DNA from: Promethearchaeota archaeon
GTDB taxonomy: Archaea > Asgardarchaeota > Lokiarchaeia > Sigyniarchaeales > SOKP01
NCBI GenBank assembly: GCA_004524535.1
Contig: SDNY01000001.1
Coordinates: 46,354-110,353 of the forward strand
Length of the DNA stretch: 64,000 nucleotides
Direction of reading: 5' to 3'
Shown here: positions 10,934 to 20,982 of the stretch, one piece after another
How the letters are laid out: each line of letters opens with the position of its first letter
How positions within the stretch are numbered: the first letter of the stretch is position 1
Program-made: the position numbers and the translations under genes
The notes under the pieces: model-generated
Database searches by the model: none
Told to the model about the DNA's origin: nothing
Seen by the model: the letters and a program-made list of their open reading frames with translations, nothing else

Positions 10934-11830
10934 ATGATTAATAACGAAAAAGATAATATAAAATCTTTAATGATGCAAAAAAAGAAGGGGAAAGTTGTTA
11001 AACTTCTATTTAAACTTGCAGCAAATGTTAATGAAAACAATAAAATGGAATTCTACGATTTTTTCGGGGAATTGCTACATTATAATTGCGATTATTTTAC
11101 GGATTATGCATATTATCCTGTGATCCCGAAACTTAAAAAATACTTCATGGATAATCAATTATTAGAAATGGAGAAGTACCTAATAACTAAGTATGCCTTG
11201 AGTTCTAAAGAAAATATCTTAGCTGCCTCTAATGCTGTTGCACTTATACATGAGGACAAAGTCGTTGGACGTGTGTATTTAACTAATATGAGAATGATTG
11301 CTGTTGGTCCATTGATAGAGAAAAAGAAAAGTGCAATGTCAATGACTCATGGGATAATTTTTGCGGCTATTGCATCAGGTAGAGATGCAAGAAGGAAGCG
11401 TATTCGAGAAGCTTTACGGCAAAATATAGATGAGGAGGATATATTATATTTTGGTCATCAAATACCCATTAATGAAACAACTAGAATCAAAAATACTGGT
11501 GGTAAAATTGTATATGTAGCAAATCTTGAAATTGAGAAAAAGGGTAAGACGAGAATTAGAAGCTTCAAAATACAGGTTGTTCCAAAGCCAATGAAAAAAG
11601 AGCCCGGCAAAGTTTTTAAAAGTAGAAGATTGCAATTCTTAAACACAGTTGAAGAGACACTACATTATTTAGAAAAAGGTTTCCCTGCTCAAACTGGCGC
11701 ACCTGTGAGTTCTTCTTCAACTATTACGCCTGATGCAAATAAAGGTTCATTTTGTCCATTTTGCGGTAAGGAAGTCAATAAAGATTTAAAAGTTTGTGAA
11801 AATTGTGGAAGTTCTATAGTAAAAGATTAA
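10934..11830 (+). CDS. Hypothetical protein with possible PH/GRAM-like domain and C-terminal double zinc ribbon
   Basis: GRVYLTNMRMI resembles the GxLYLTxxRxxF strand of PH/GRAM folds; C-terminal FCPFCG...CENCG. Confidence 0.55.
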   Translation: MINNEKDNIKSLMMQKKKGKVVKLLFKLAANVNENNKMEFYDFFGELLHYNCDYFTDYAYYPVIPKLKKYFMDNQLLEMEKYLITKYALSSKENILAASNAVALIHEDKVVGRVYLTNMRMIAVGPLIEKKKSAMSMTHGIIFAAIASGRDARRKRIREALRQNIDEEDILYFGHQIPINETTRIKNTGGKIVYVANLEIEKKGKTRIRSFKIQVVPKPMKKEPGKVFKSRRLQFLNTVEETLHYLEKGFPAQTGAPVSSSSTITPDANKGSFCPFCGKEVNKDLKVCENCGSSIVKD

Positions 11831-11894
11831 CCAATTTTCACAAAATAGAAAAAACCTTATATACTTTTTATAAAATCTTTTTTTTTTTTCATTT

Positions 11895-13343
11895 TCATTT
11901 TGAAATGATTTCACGTAAAAATGGATCGTATCCTATAGTATCTTTTCTGCTGATTGCTTTGTCAATTACTTTTCTAAAAATTTTAAAGAAAATATTTTCA
12001 AATCCCGCGCTAAAAACTTCCTTTTTCCATCTAAAATATGCAGGATGTCTAATCAATTTAAATATTGGCACGTTATTGGATTCAAAAACTTTCCTTCCAA
12101 CGATTGCACTAGTAATTGAAATCATTTCAAGATAATTTTTATGTTTAATATAGTCTGGAGCGCATTCTCTCCTAATTTTTGCCCAACTAAGAAGATTAGA
12201 TGGGGGGGTAAATCCCATTTTTATAGCATGGTCGTAAACTGCTGTTTTAGGATAAGGAAAAAGAATCTTTATTGAAAATTCGCAATTAGGGCTAATTTCT
12301 TTAATTTTCTTGATGATAGCTATTGTTTTTCTTATATCATTTTTAGTTTCACCTGGTATACCAATCATCCAGCTATAATCGGCAATTATATCTAAATCCT
12401 GAGTAATTTTGGCGCTATTAATTATATCTTTTATAGAAATGTTTTTATTCAAGATATTTAATACACGTTGAGAGCCTGATTCTGGTCCAAAATACATTTG
12501 ACTACATCCATGTTCTCTTGCTTCTTTAGCTAATTTATAATTTACTTGATCAACACGCAAATCCGCTTTCCATTTAATATCATGCTCTTTAAAGTAATTA
12601 AAAAGTTCTTTTATTCGGTTTAAATTTGCAAAGAAATTATCGTCATAAAAAGTAAATTTCTCAGCACCAAAATCCAATATTTTATCAAATTCTTTAAAAC
12701 ACTTCTCAGAAGACCATCCTCTCCAAACATTATTAAAAAGAGCATTATAGCAAAATGCACAGTTAAAAGGACAACCACGACTGGTAATTAGGTTGAAATT
12801 ACCATTTTTTAAATATCGTATAGGATTTATTAAATGCCAAGGTACACTCAATTCATTTACTTCAGAATTCTTTAAAATTGTATTGTCAGGATTATGAATA
12901 ATTCTATTACCATTTTTTAGTGAAAGACCTTTTATTTGGGTTTTTTTTTTACCACTTACCAACTCATGATAAGATCTTTCACCTTCTCCTCGAATAACAA
13001 AATCTATTAAATTATTTCGCAGTGTTTGACCTGGAAGAATAGTCGAATGAATGCCTCCCCATACTATTTTAATTTTAGGAAAGTCTTTCTTTATAGATTT
13101 ACAAAATTTCAAAGCTTGAAAAATTTGTGGCCCTGTCATTACTGAAACGCCAATGTATTCAGGTTCATTAATGGAAATAGTATCCTTTACTTGATTAAGT
13201 GAGTCAAATCGTAAATCGAAGATTTTTACATCTATATTTCGTTTAATCAGATAATCAGTGATAAATAAAATAGAATAAGGAGGAGTAGGGATTTGAGTCT
13301 TAGCAAATTCAAGCTGTGGATAAATTAAAATTGTATGCTTCAT
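11895..13343 (-). CDS. Cobalamin-binding radical SAM protein
   Basis: WGGIH, GEGE, SRGCPFNCAFC, DDNFF, GPESGS. Confidence 0.9.
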   Translation of the reverse strand: MKHTILIYPQLEFAKTQIPTPPYSILFITDYLIKRNIDVKIFDLRFDSLNQVKDTISINEPEYIGVSVMTGPQIFQALKFCKSIKKDFPKIKIVWGGIHSTILPGQTLRNNLIDFVIRGEGERSYHELVSGKKKTQIKGLSLKNGNRIIHNPDNTILKNSEVNELSVPWHLINPIRYLKNGNFNLITSRGCPFNCAFCYNALFNNVWRGWSSEKCFKEFDKILDFGAEKFTFYDDNFFANLNRIKELFNYFKEHDIKWKADLRVDQVNYKLAKEAREHGCSQMYFGPESGSQRVLNILNKNISIKDIINSAKITQDLDIIADYSWMIGIPGETKNDIRKTIAIIKKIKEISPNCEFSIKILFPYPKTAVYDHAIKMGFTPPSNLLSWAKIRRECAPDYIKHKNYLEMISITSAIVGRKVFESNNVPIFKLIRHPAYFRWKKEVFSAGFENIFFKIFRKVIDKAISRKDTIGYDPFLREIISK

Positions 13344-13414
13344 ACTAACTTTTTTAATTCAATTAAATTTCTTGACTATAAAAAAAAGATAAAAATAAAA
13401 GCAAAAAAAAGGAT

Positions 13415-13933
13415 TTATTCTATTTCAGCCCCACATGCACCGCAAAATGTTTCTATCCCATCCAGTTTCACACCACAATTTGGGCAAAACTTTTTCTCCC
13501 CGTTTGTAGTTGGGGGTTTTTCCAATGGAGCGGATTCTACTGGTTCTACTTCTATTTTTTGTGGTGGTGCAAATTGAGGTTCTGCACCATGCTTGATAGT
13601 AATCTCACTATAAATTATACTCCAAATTTTTAGTTCGGAGACCTTAATTCCGTGAGTTGGACAATTCAGGCGAATTAATGTCCACGGTCCTGACACTCTT
13701 AAATTATGCACTGGTGCTTGTTGTCCACATTTTATACAACGGAAAACACCATCATGAAGAAGATGAGAAACAACATCTTTTCGCATTATAGGAATTTTAA
13801 TTACTCTCCCTCCATGGGTTGGACATTTTTGTTTTATGATCATTTGAGTTCCTGCAAGTTTTACTAAATAAATAGAACCAAAACTACTACACTTTGGACA
13901 CTTAAACAACATAGAATAATCTGGTTCAGCCAT
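13415..13933 (-). CDS. Multi-zinc-finger protein (two CxxC...CPTHG repeats plus double zinc ribbon)
   Basis: FKCPKC...KCPTHG, FRCIKC...NCPTHG, FCPNCG...FCGACG. Confidence 0.75.
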   Translation of the reverse strand: MAEPDYSMLFKCPKCSSFGSIYLVKLAGTQMIIKQKCPTHGGRVIKIPIMRKDVVSHLLHDGVFRCIKCGQQAPVHNLRVSGPWTLIRLNCPTHGIKVSELKIWSIIYSEITIKHGAEPQFAPPQKIEVEPVESAPLEKPPTTNGEKKFCPNCGVKLDGIETFCGACGAEIE

Positions 13934-14052
13934 TAAAAATTCTCTCCATATTTAATTTATTATAATAAAAAGTAATAGATAATATTCCTTTAAATTTTTT
14001 ATCACATAATAAAAATAAAATGATATAATAATTGGTCAAAAGAAAATTTGAA

Positions 14053-14181
14053 TTAATTAATTTCTTCCCCACAGACGCCACAGAATTTCTCGGACCCAAC
14101 TAGACCTGTTCTACAACTTGGGCAAAATTTATATATATTGTTTTTATTAGATTTGTTTAATTCTATTACCTTCCGATACAT
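14053..14181 (-). CDS. Small (42 aa) double zinc-ribbon ORF, or truncated paralog of 13415..13933
   Basis: Hand translation MYRKVIELNKSNKNNIYKFCPSCRTGLVGSEKFCGVCGEEIN*, matching the neighbour's C-terminus KFCPNCGVKLDGIETFCGACGAEIE. Confidence 0.55.
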   Translation of the reverse strand: MYRKVIELNKSNKNNIYKFCPSCRTGLVGSEKFCGVCGEEIN

Positions 14182-14255
14182 ATACGACCATAAGGAATAT
14201 GGAAAGATTAAATCCGGGAATCCAAAAAGACGAAATAAATTTGGTCTTAGAGGTT

Positions 14256-14273
14256 ATTGATAAATTTATCAAT
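14256..14273. promoter_or_regulatory. Perfect 18-bp palindrome, candidate transcription-factor operator
   Basis: ATTGATAAA|TTTATCAAT in the intergenic region between divergent genes. Confidence 0.35.
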
Positions 14274-14385
14274 TGGGATTTGTTATGTAGTTAATTTTTT
14301 TCATATCTCTTTTTTAATTTCGTAATACAAGAACAAAATATTATAAATAAGGAATAATTTATTAGATCCTTTTTTTATTACTTAA

Positions 14386-14685
14386 TTGAGGTTATATAAT
14401 AATATGATGAAAACGGATGCTATAAACGATTCAACGGAAAAAGCAGTGAAAAGCTTCGATAATATAAAAAAAGCTCTAAAAGGTTTGATGGAAATTGCAA
14501 GAATAAGTGCTCCAACCGAAAACGACCTTTATTTTAAATTAACCTTAGATAATATTGTCGTTCTGTATGGTAATATTATAGATTTAATTACAAACGATAG
14601 CGGGATAAAACAACTAAAGAAAAAGTTGCATGATTTAGAAATAAGCAAAAAAACTCCCCTTAAGTTTTTAGAAAGCAACGATTGA
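14386..14685 (+). CDS. Hypothetical small helical protein
   Basis: 99-aa ORF with plausible composition; no recognised motif; start uncertain. Confidence 0.55.
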   Translation: MRLYNNMMKTDAINDSTEKAVKSFDNIKKALKGLMEIARISAPTENDLYFKLTLDNIVVLYGNIIDLITNDSGIKQLKKKLHDLEISKKTPLKFLESND

Positions 14686-14707
14686 AACGCATTTTAAAAA
14701 TACTTAT

Positions 14708-15334
14708 TTATTTCAAAACTTTTTTAGTTTCCATATACCAAAGGTACAAATCAAGTTCAGCCAAGTTAAACCCTAATCTTTCGGCTATATCTTTTAATAA
14801 TTCCTCAATTTCCAAATATTTCTTTTTTGTCATTGTTTTTGGTTTTTCAATTAAACCATGTTTGACTAAGAGATCTATGATGTGAAAATCAACAATCGCA
14901 TAGTTATCAAATCCAATATTTCTTAAAAAATGGCTTGCTTCCTTATATCCTATTCCTTTTATATTACTAACAATCCATTCCCTCAGCATATTTCCGTTTT
15001 TATTAGACTTTATTCTTTTATTCAATTCTTCCTTATTACATCTCGCTTCAACGATGTATTTGGACCGTATATTAGGAAAACGATACCCAAGCTCTTTAAA
15101 TTTATTCGTTAATTGATATTGTGAAAGATTTAAGAAATCATCTCCTATATTTTCATGAATTTCGATACATTTTTCTGCACTGCAGTTTGCTGTCATGATA
15201 CAAAAACAGAGTTCTGTGAATATTTTATCTGAAGCTTTGTCTTTGATTTCTGAGAATTCGGCTATTCTTGTATTGACTAAATTATTTATTCCGCTTTTTT
15301 TCAGTTTTTCTAAAGAAGTCAATAACTCTTTCAT
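14708..15334 (-). CDS. ogg: 8-oxoguanine DNA glycosylase/AP lyase (Ogg2 type)
   Basis: ELCFCIMTAN, GYRFPNIR, HhH KGIGYKEASHFLRNIG, AIVDFHI, C-terminal KKVLK. Confidence 0.9.
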   Translation of the reverse strand: MKELLTSLEKLKKSGINNLVNTRIAEFSEIKDKASDKIFTELCFCIMTANCSAEKCIEIHENIGDDFLNLSQYQLTNKFKELGYRFPNIRSKYIVEARCNKEELNKRIKSNKNGNMLREWIVSNIKGIGYKEASHFLRNIGFDNYAIVDFHIIDLLVKHGLIEKPKTMTKKKYLEIEELLKDIAERLGFNLAELDLYLWYMETKKVLK

Positions 15335-15467
15335 TTTTTCTGGTAATTAATCATAATTTAAAATAAAAACTGTTTAATCATATAAGTCAAGAAATATATT
15401 TTCACGAAATAAATTTAATTGATTATATTTTATTTTATAATATATTTATTAAAAGGGATGAATTATA

Positions 15468-16475
15468 ATGAGTTCCCGAAAAAGTAAAGTAATTGTCCTT
15501 GGTTCATTAGCTTTTGATTATATCATGAGTTTTGAAGAAAACATTTGCAATGCTGTATCTATGGATCATGAGAAAGGTGAATTTCAATCCACGATAACAG
15601 CATGTGCCCGTATTAAACATTTTGGAGGCACAGCAGGAAATATAGCTTATAATCTGGGTCTTCTGAATATTGCTAGCGTAAGTTTAGTTGGTGCTGTAGG
15701 ACCTGATTTTGACCAATTAGGGTATAAGGAACATATACAAAAATTTGAAAATATTAGTCTTGGAATTGAGGTTCATGAGGATTTATTTACTGCTGCGTGC
15801 TATATTGTGAATGATGTGAAAGCAAATCAGATGATAATTTTTCATGGTGGTGCTCTTGATAAATGCAAAGATATCGATTTAAATGAAAAAATTGGAGATC
15901 CTCAAGAATATGCTTATGCAATAAATTCAACTCAGAGTGTGGAAGCTATGGAGTGTTTTTCAGATCAATTATTCTCATTAAGAATTCCCATGATATTCGA
16001 TCCTGGACAAGTAACTCCTTTATTTCCTAAGGACTTACTTATAGAGATAATAAAAAAATCGTATATTCTAATTGGAAATAAATATGAAATTAATCAGATT
16101 ACTAAAAAAACGGGAATGACAGAGGATGATCTAATCTCTCATGTCAAAGCGATTATTAGGACCAAAGGTGATGAAGGTTCAGAATTGATTTATAAGGATG
16201 AATCGGACGCAATATTTAAAAATGAAATACCTATTTGTAAACCTGAAAAAGCTATTCAAGAAACAACAGGTGCGGGAGATGGATATAGGGCAGGTCTCTT
16301 ATCTGGACTGATTTTGAACATGACTCTACTTGACTCTTGTCGATTAGGAGCGGTAATTGGATCATTTGTGATTGAAACTCAAGGAGCCCAAACACAAAAA
16401 TACACGATAAATAACGTACGGAAACGTTTCTTTAATGCGTATGGGTATATGCCTCAAGAATTAGAGGGTTTGTAA
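15468..16475 (+). CDS. PfkB-family nucleoside/carbohydrate kinase
   Basis: GSLAFD, GGTAGNIAYNL, FDPGQ, ETTGAGDGYRAG. Confidence 0.9.
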   Translation: MSSRKSKVIVLGSLAFDYIMSFEENICNAVSMDHEKGEFQSTITACARIKHFGGTAGNIAYNLGLLNIASVSLVGAVGPDFDQLGYKEHIQKFENISLGIEVHEDLFTAACYIVNDVKANQMIIFHGGALDKCKDIDLNEKIGDPQEYAYAINSTQSVEAMECFSDQLFSLRIPMIFDPGQVTPLFPKDLLIEIIKKSYILIGNKYEINQITKKTGMTEDDLISHVKAIIRTKGDEGSELIYKDESDAIFKNEIPICKPEKAIQETTGAGDGYRAGLLSGLILNMTLLDSCRLGAVIGSFVIETQGAQTQKYTINNVRKRFFNAYGYMPQELEGL

Positions 16476-16510
16476 TGTTCTAATTTCCTGAGAGAAAAAA
16501 TAGAAAAATC

Positions 16511-16550
16511 ATAGTTAATTCTTTTAATCCATCAACTTTTAAAAAAGAAT
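16511..16550 (+). repeat. 40-bp direct repeat, copy 1 (36/40 identical to 17797..17836)
   Basis: atagttaattcttttaatccatcaacttttaaaaaagaat versus atagtaaattcttttaatccttcaacttttaaaaaggatt. Confidence 0.75.
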
Positions 16551-16564
16551 AGATTTCAGGACAA

Positions 16565-17386
16565 TTATATGTCCCAAACTTCTGATTTTAATAAGTGTTC
16601 GATGCGAGTTTTCCTTGGTCTGACAAATTTCGTTCGACCTTCTCTGCGTTCCAGTAATAGTGATTTTTCTAAAGTTATTGAATTTACCAACTGGACTTCT
16701 AAATCACCCTCATTAAGGATAATATGATTAAAGCTTGGACTTTCGTCTGCTCGAACTTTATCAGATGTAGACGTTCCACAATAAAGAAAAGTTGTTGGAC
16801 CAATTACATAGGCATGTGGAATATGTTTATGTCCCATTATAACTAAATCAATTTTAAATAATAGGGCCAATTCGATTAATTCACCTGCATCCACGAGTGT
16901 AGTTTGTTTACGACCGCTGTATGGTACGGCAATCGCATGGTGATGCATTGCAATAACTCTATTCTCATAATCTACATTCAGCATACGCCCTAAATAATCC
17001 AATTGTTCATCTCCAAGCTCTCCTACACTTAGATCATCCTTAGCGCTGCAGACTCCAACAATAATGGTTTTTTTCTTTTCAAGAACCAATTTCGACCTTC
17101 TAGGACCAATAAATTTCTCAAAAAAGATCATTCCATTATTTTTGGCATCATGATTCCCGGGAACCGCCAAAAAATTCTGCGTATGTTCTTTAATTCTTTG
17201 TATATAAGGAACGATCTTTTGATATTGGGTAAAACGCCCTTTATGAACGATATCTCCCGTTAAGACCACGGCGTCTGGCTTATTATCTTTAACATATTGA
17301 GCAACATTATCAAAATATGAATCCCTAAATTCAGATCCATAGTGTAAATCTGAGATTTGCAAGATCGACACCATATTATTTTTCAC
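16565..17386 (-). CDS. Calcineurin-like metallophosphoesterase (CpdA/Icc-like)
   Basis: SDLHYG, TGDIV, PGNHD, MHHH, GHKH. Confidence 0.9.
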   Translation of the reverse strand: MKNNMVSILQISDLHYGSEFRDSYFDNVAQYVKDNKPDAVVLTGDIVHKGRFTQYQKIVPYIQRIKEHTQNFLAVPGNHDAKNNGMIFFEKFIGPRRSKLVLEKKKTIIVGVCSAKDDLSVGELGDEQLDYLGRMLNVDYENRVIAMHHHAIAVPYSGRKQTTLVDAGELIELALLFKIDLVIMGHKHIPHAYVIGPTTFLYCGTSTSDKVRADESPSFNHIILNEGDLEVQLVNSITLEKSLLLERREGRTKFVRPRKTRIEHLLKSEVWDI

Positions 17387-17581
17387 CTAATCTGTAATTA
17401 ATATTACTTAATATATCATTAAAATATAAAGTTATAAAACTTCTGCAATAATTATTGATTTTTCTTCTTTTTTTTTAAATTTCTTATTTCTCTAGAGAGG
17501 ATTTATATATTATATTGCATTTTTTCATAAGGGATAATGTAAGAATTTTAGAATTTTAATAATAAATTCTTAGAAAAGGTT

Positions 17582-17746
17582 ATGGGAAACAAATTAAAAA
17601 ATAATTTTAATTTAGATATTGAACTTAAAAAATTGAAGATTCCGCCAGACACTTATAATTCGAGCGGGACTCATGTTAATGAGCTTTCGCCAGAAGAAAA
17701 GAAAAAATGTCTTTCCATATTAAAAAATGAATTTATCCCAAACTAA
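17582..17746 (+). CDS. Small hypothetical protein (54 aa)
   Basis: Hand translation MGNKLKNNFNLDIELKKLKIPPDTYNSSGTHVNELSPEEKKKCLSILKNEFIPN*, preceded by AAAAGGT; below the ORF-track cutoff. Confidence 0.45.
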   Translation: MGNKLKNNFNLDIELKKLKIPPDTYNSSGTHVNELSPEEKKKCLSILKNEFIPN

Positions 17747-17796
17747 ATCTATAATTTTACCTCTTTATATAATAAAAAGGAAAAATTTCTTTCCTT

Positions 17797-17840
17797 ATAG
17801 TAAATTCTTTTAATCCTTCAACTTTTAAAAAGGATTAAAA
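17797..17840 (+). promoter_or_regulatory. Direct repeat copy 2, containing a TATA-like box flanked by an 11-bp inverted repeat
   Basis: TTTTAATCCTT(17808-18)-caacttttaaa-AAGGATTAAAA(17830-40), ending 24 nt before ATG 17864. Confidence 0.5.
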
Positions 17841-17863
17841 TAAATAATAATAATAAATAACTT

Positions 17864-18490
17864 ATGAGAAGTACTAAAGAATTCAGATTTAAATGTACTA
17901 GATGTGGTAATTGTTGTACAGATAAAAGTACAATTGTAAACCTTACCTACTCAGATATATTAAGCATTAAGAAAGGATTAAATTTAATGCTCAATGAAAC
18001 TTTAGAAATCCTTGGATTTTACACATATGATAAAGAACCTGCCGCTGAAGATCTTGAAAAGATGGTAATACCTCCAATAAGAACAGAAAAAGGATTAGCA
18101 TTTGTAGGACTCCTAAAGAGAGATTCAGGAGCTTGTTATTTTTACGATGAAAAGAATGTAAAATGTAAAATTTACAATTTAAGACCAAATTTCTGTCGAA
18201 CATTCCCATTTACATTTGAAATTTTTTTTAATAAGGCTGATAGAACTAAAGCCAAAATAAAAATGAGCTATACAGAAAAGGGAGAAGAATATTGTCCTGG
18301 AATTTCTGCGGATATGCCTCTTATTAATGAAGAACAATGGATTCAATTGGGTAAAAAAACTATTGAAGATTTGAACGACAATAACATTTTCATAAATAAG
18401 TGGAATGATGCAGTAAGAGGTGGTCAAATTACTCCTACTGTAAAAAATCTCCTATCAACAATTTTTAATTTAGAAAAAAAATTAAAATAA
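17864..18490 (+). CDS. YkgJ-family cysteine-cluster (CxxCxxCC) protein
   Basis: FKCTRCGNCC, CYFY...CKIYNLRPNFCRTFPF, YCPG. Confidence 0.85.
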   Translation: MRSTKEFRFKCTRCGNCCTDKSTIVNLTYSDILSIKKGLNLMLNETLEILGFYTYDKEPAAEDLEKMVIPPIRTEKGLAFVGLLKRDSGACYFYDEKNVKCKIYNLRPNFCRTFPFTFEIFFNKADRTKAKIKMSYTEKGEEYCPGISADMPLINEEQWIQLGKKTIEDLNDNNIFINKWNDAVRGGQITPTVKNLLSTIFNLEKKLK

Positions 18491-20125
18491 AGACGCATTA
18501 GAAATTGTTTTGTAGCTTGCGCAGGCCAGCAAAGTCCAGAATAGCATACGCAGTTCTATAGTATATGCTAATTTATCGGTCTTCCAATTAAATTCTTTTT
18601 TAAGATCTTCTGAATTAAAATACCTTACATTTTTTATAATATGAGTGAGTAAAATTTGACAAATTGTGTACTCGGCTTTTTTCAAATCCAGTAAATCTAT
18701 AATTAATAGAGCTCTAGCTGAATCTGTTATTGTATCATTAATCATTCCATTCTGAGTTATCAATTTCTTTAATTTACTCATATATAACGATTTGAAATGA
18801 CTTAGATTAGCTTTTTTATCAAGCAATTTTATACTGGCTAAATGTTCTAATATATCTAATACTGGATTATACTCTTTAATGTTTTCTGAATTAGATAAAA
18901 TATCTAAACTTAAAATAGAATTTATAAGATTAGTTTTAAGTGCAATTATACCTCCACTTTTTTCTAATATTTTTAAGCATAAAATAGTAAAAAAATTAAG
19001 GTGAAGCTTCTCTGGTATAAAATCTTTTAATTCAGATTCAAGAAACCTTTGTATATCCGTTAGATCTACAAATTCAATATTATCATTATATAAGAGATTT
19101 AATTCTGAAAGTATTGCGAGACCGAAAAAATTATTAATTGGATCAGGAGTGGACTCTTTAGAAGCACGAAAAATCTTTCCATTTACGTATTTTCTAGCTA
19201 TTTCAATAATTTGTTTTGCATTTAAGGATAATTCAATATTTAACATCCTCAAAATACTAATAAAATAGAAAAGATTTTCTAAATTGAGAAATTCAAGGTT
19301 AGAATCTTTCGAATTTTTTAAATTAGCTATGTCGATGTTAAATTCATTAATTATATCCGAATTAATTGGTGAGAAACTTCCAATAGAATCAAGAAAAAGT
19401 TTTTGTTTTTGTGGTAGCTGAAAGTTTAATTTTTCAGGAATTACCTCTTGAATTGAGACTTTTGGTTTAGAAGGACCAACTTTAGACACTATTCTTTTTT
19501 CCTCAAATTCCTTTAATTCCTCTGGAGTTGCTGATTTTATTACCATATCCCCCTTAATGATTTTCTCCTCTTTCTTGGTTAAATAATCTGATGGCACGAC
19601 TGAATTTTTTATTTCCTCCATACATTCTTTAATTGCCTCTCGAATATCTGAGGATGGTATTTTATTATGCTTGAATTTATTTAAACGATTGATAAAACCA
19701 CGAGGCAAAAGGTCAAAAAGATCTAAATTTTCCATTTTTTTCGTGTCTAAATCAATCAAATAATCAAATAAAATCTCAAAAAGAATTTGATCAATATAAT
19801 CTTTTAAATCTCTTTCAAAATAGGAATTATAATCAGGATAATCATCTGGGTTTTTTTTTGTGAGCGTATTAAATTGTTTCATACTTTCTTCTAGTTTATT
19901 TTTTGGGACTCCAATTGTCATAAACGCTAATTTAATAGCGTTTAACATCGTTTCTATATTTGTTTTTCGAGTTTCTTCACTATCTTGCGATGGTTTTTTT
20001 TCTAAGTTAATTTCTTTTTCTGCCAAAATATCCTTAATATAATTAAAACTTCGAAAATAGAAATTAAAAATCTCATCCTTAAACAACTGAATAAACTTTT
20101 CTAAGATTGGTGCTACTTCTTCCAT
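18482..20125 (-). CDS. Hypothetical protein, all-alpha, two regions joined by a charged linker
   Basis: 547-aa ORF; no motif confidently recognised. Confidence 0.7.
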   Translation of the reverse strand: MEEVAPILEKFIQLFKDEIFNFYFRSFNYIKDILAEKEINLEKKPSQDSEETRKTNIETMLNAIKLAFMTIGVPKNKLEESMKQFNTLTKKNPDDYPDYNSYFERDLKDYIDQILFEILFDYLIDLDTKKMENLDLFDLLPRGFINRLNKFKHNKIPSSDIREAIKECMEEIKNSVVPSDYLTKKEEKIIKGDMVIKSATPEELKEFEEKRIVSKVGPSKPKVSIQEVIPEKLNFQLPQKQKLFLDSIGSFSPINSDIINEFNIDIANLKNSKDSNLEFLNLENLFYFISILRMLNIELSLNAKQIIEIARKYVNGKIFRASKESTPDPINNFFGLAILSELNLLYNDNIEFVDLTDIQRFLESELKDFIPEKLHLNFFTILCLKILEKSGGIIALKTNLINSILSLDILSNSENIKEYNPVLDILEHLASIKLLDKKANLSHFKSLYMSKLKKLITQNGMINDTITDSARALLIIDLLDLKKAEYTICQILLTHIIKNVRYFNSEDLKKEFNWKTDKLAYTIELRMLFWTLLACASYKTISNASLF

Positions 20126-20203
20126 TTTTCAATTTATATCCTTATATTAATCTTATATCAATACTTACATTTATATTTATATCGAACAAAATGGCAGTAA
20201 TTT

Positions 20204-20941
20204 ATGAAAAGTTACTATTATAATAAAATTGCTAAGGATTATGATATAAAAAGAAAAAAGCCGTGGAAAGCGCTTGAAAACTTTTTATCATATTTGGCAG
20301 AAAAAAATTATGCTTTTAAAGGATATTGTATCGATTTAGGATGTGCGAATGGAAGAAATTTTAAATTATTTAAAAACTCAAGTAATAAATTAATTGGTAT
20401 AGATAAATCTCTCGAATTTTTAAAAATTGCGCACGAAGAATTAAACAGGTCCACACATTATTCTAAAATCGATTCAAATAATATTCAACTAATTCTTGGA
20501 GGGTTGAAACATATTCCAATCAGGAATAATTCCGTCCAAAATATCTTCTCAATTGCTACAATTCATCATATAAAAGGCAAAACCGAAAGGGAAAAAATTA
20601 TAACCCATATATCTGATTTATTAAGCAAGGATGGTTATTTTTTACTAACAGTGTGGCGTAAATGGCAAAAAAAGTATAAGAAATACTTCATTTCTAATTT
20701 AATTAAAAGAATTTTCAATCCAAAATATAGAAAGCACCAAAATGAATTAAAATTATATGAATTTGGTGATAAATATGTACCTTGGACTATTTCTAAAGAA
20801 AAAAAGACTTACAATCGTTTCTATCATTTCTTTTCTAAGCGAGAAGTAAAAAGATTACTCAGAATTTTTAAAATTAAAGAGTTTTCAATAAGAGGGGGAT
20901 CAACAAATAAAGATAATTTTTTTATATTAGCTAAAAAATAG
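20204..20941 (+). CDS. Class I SAM methyltransferase, Trm9/ALKBH8-like
   Basis: IDLGCANGR, SIATIHHI, LTVW, DKYVPW, RFYHFF resemble the Trm9 signatures IAVIHH/VPW/RYYH. Confidence 0.7.
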   Translation: MKSYYYNKIAKDYDIKRKKPWKALENFLSYLAEKNYAFKGYCIDLGCANGRNFKLFKNSSNKLIGIDKSLEFLKIAHEELNRSTHYSKIDSNNIQLILGGLKHIPIRNNSVQNIFSIATIHHIKGKTEREKIITHISDLLSKDGYFLLTVWRKWQKKYKKYFISNLIKRIFNPKYRKHQNELKLYEFGDKYVPWTISKEKKTYNRFYHFFSKREVKRLLRIFKIKEFSIRGGSTNKDNFFILAKK

Positions 20942-20982
20942 TGTTCTGAAAAAGAGTTCAATTACATTATAAAAATCTATTA

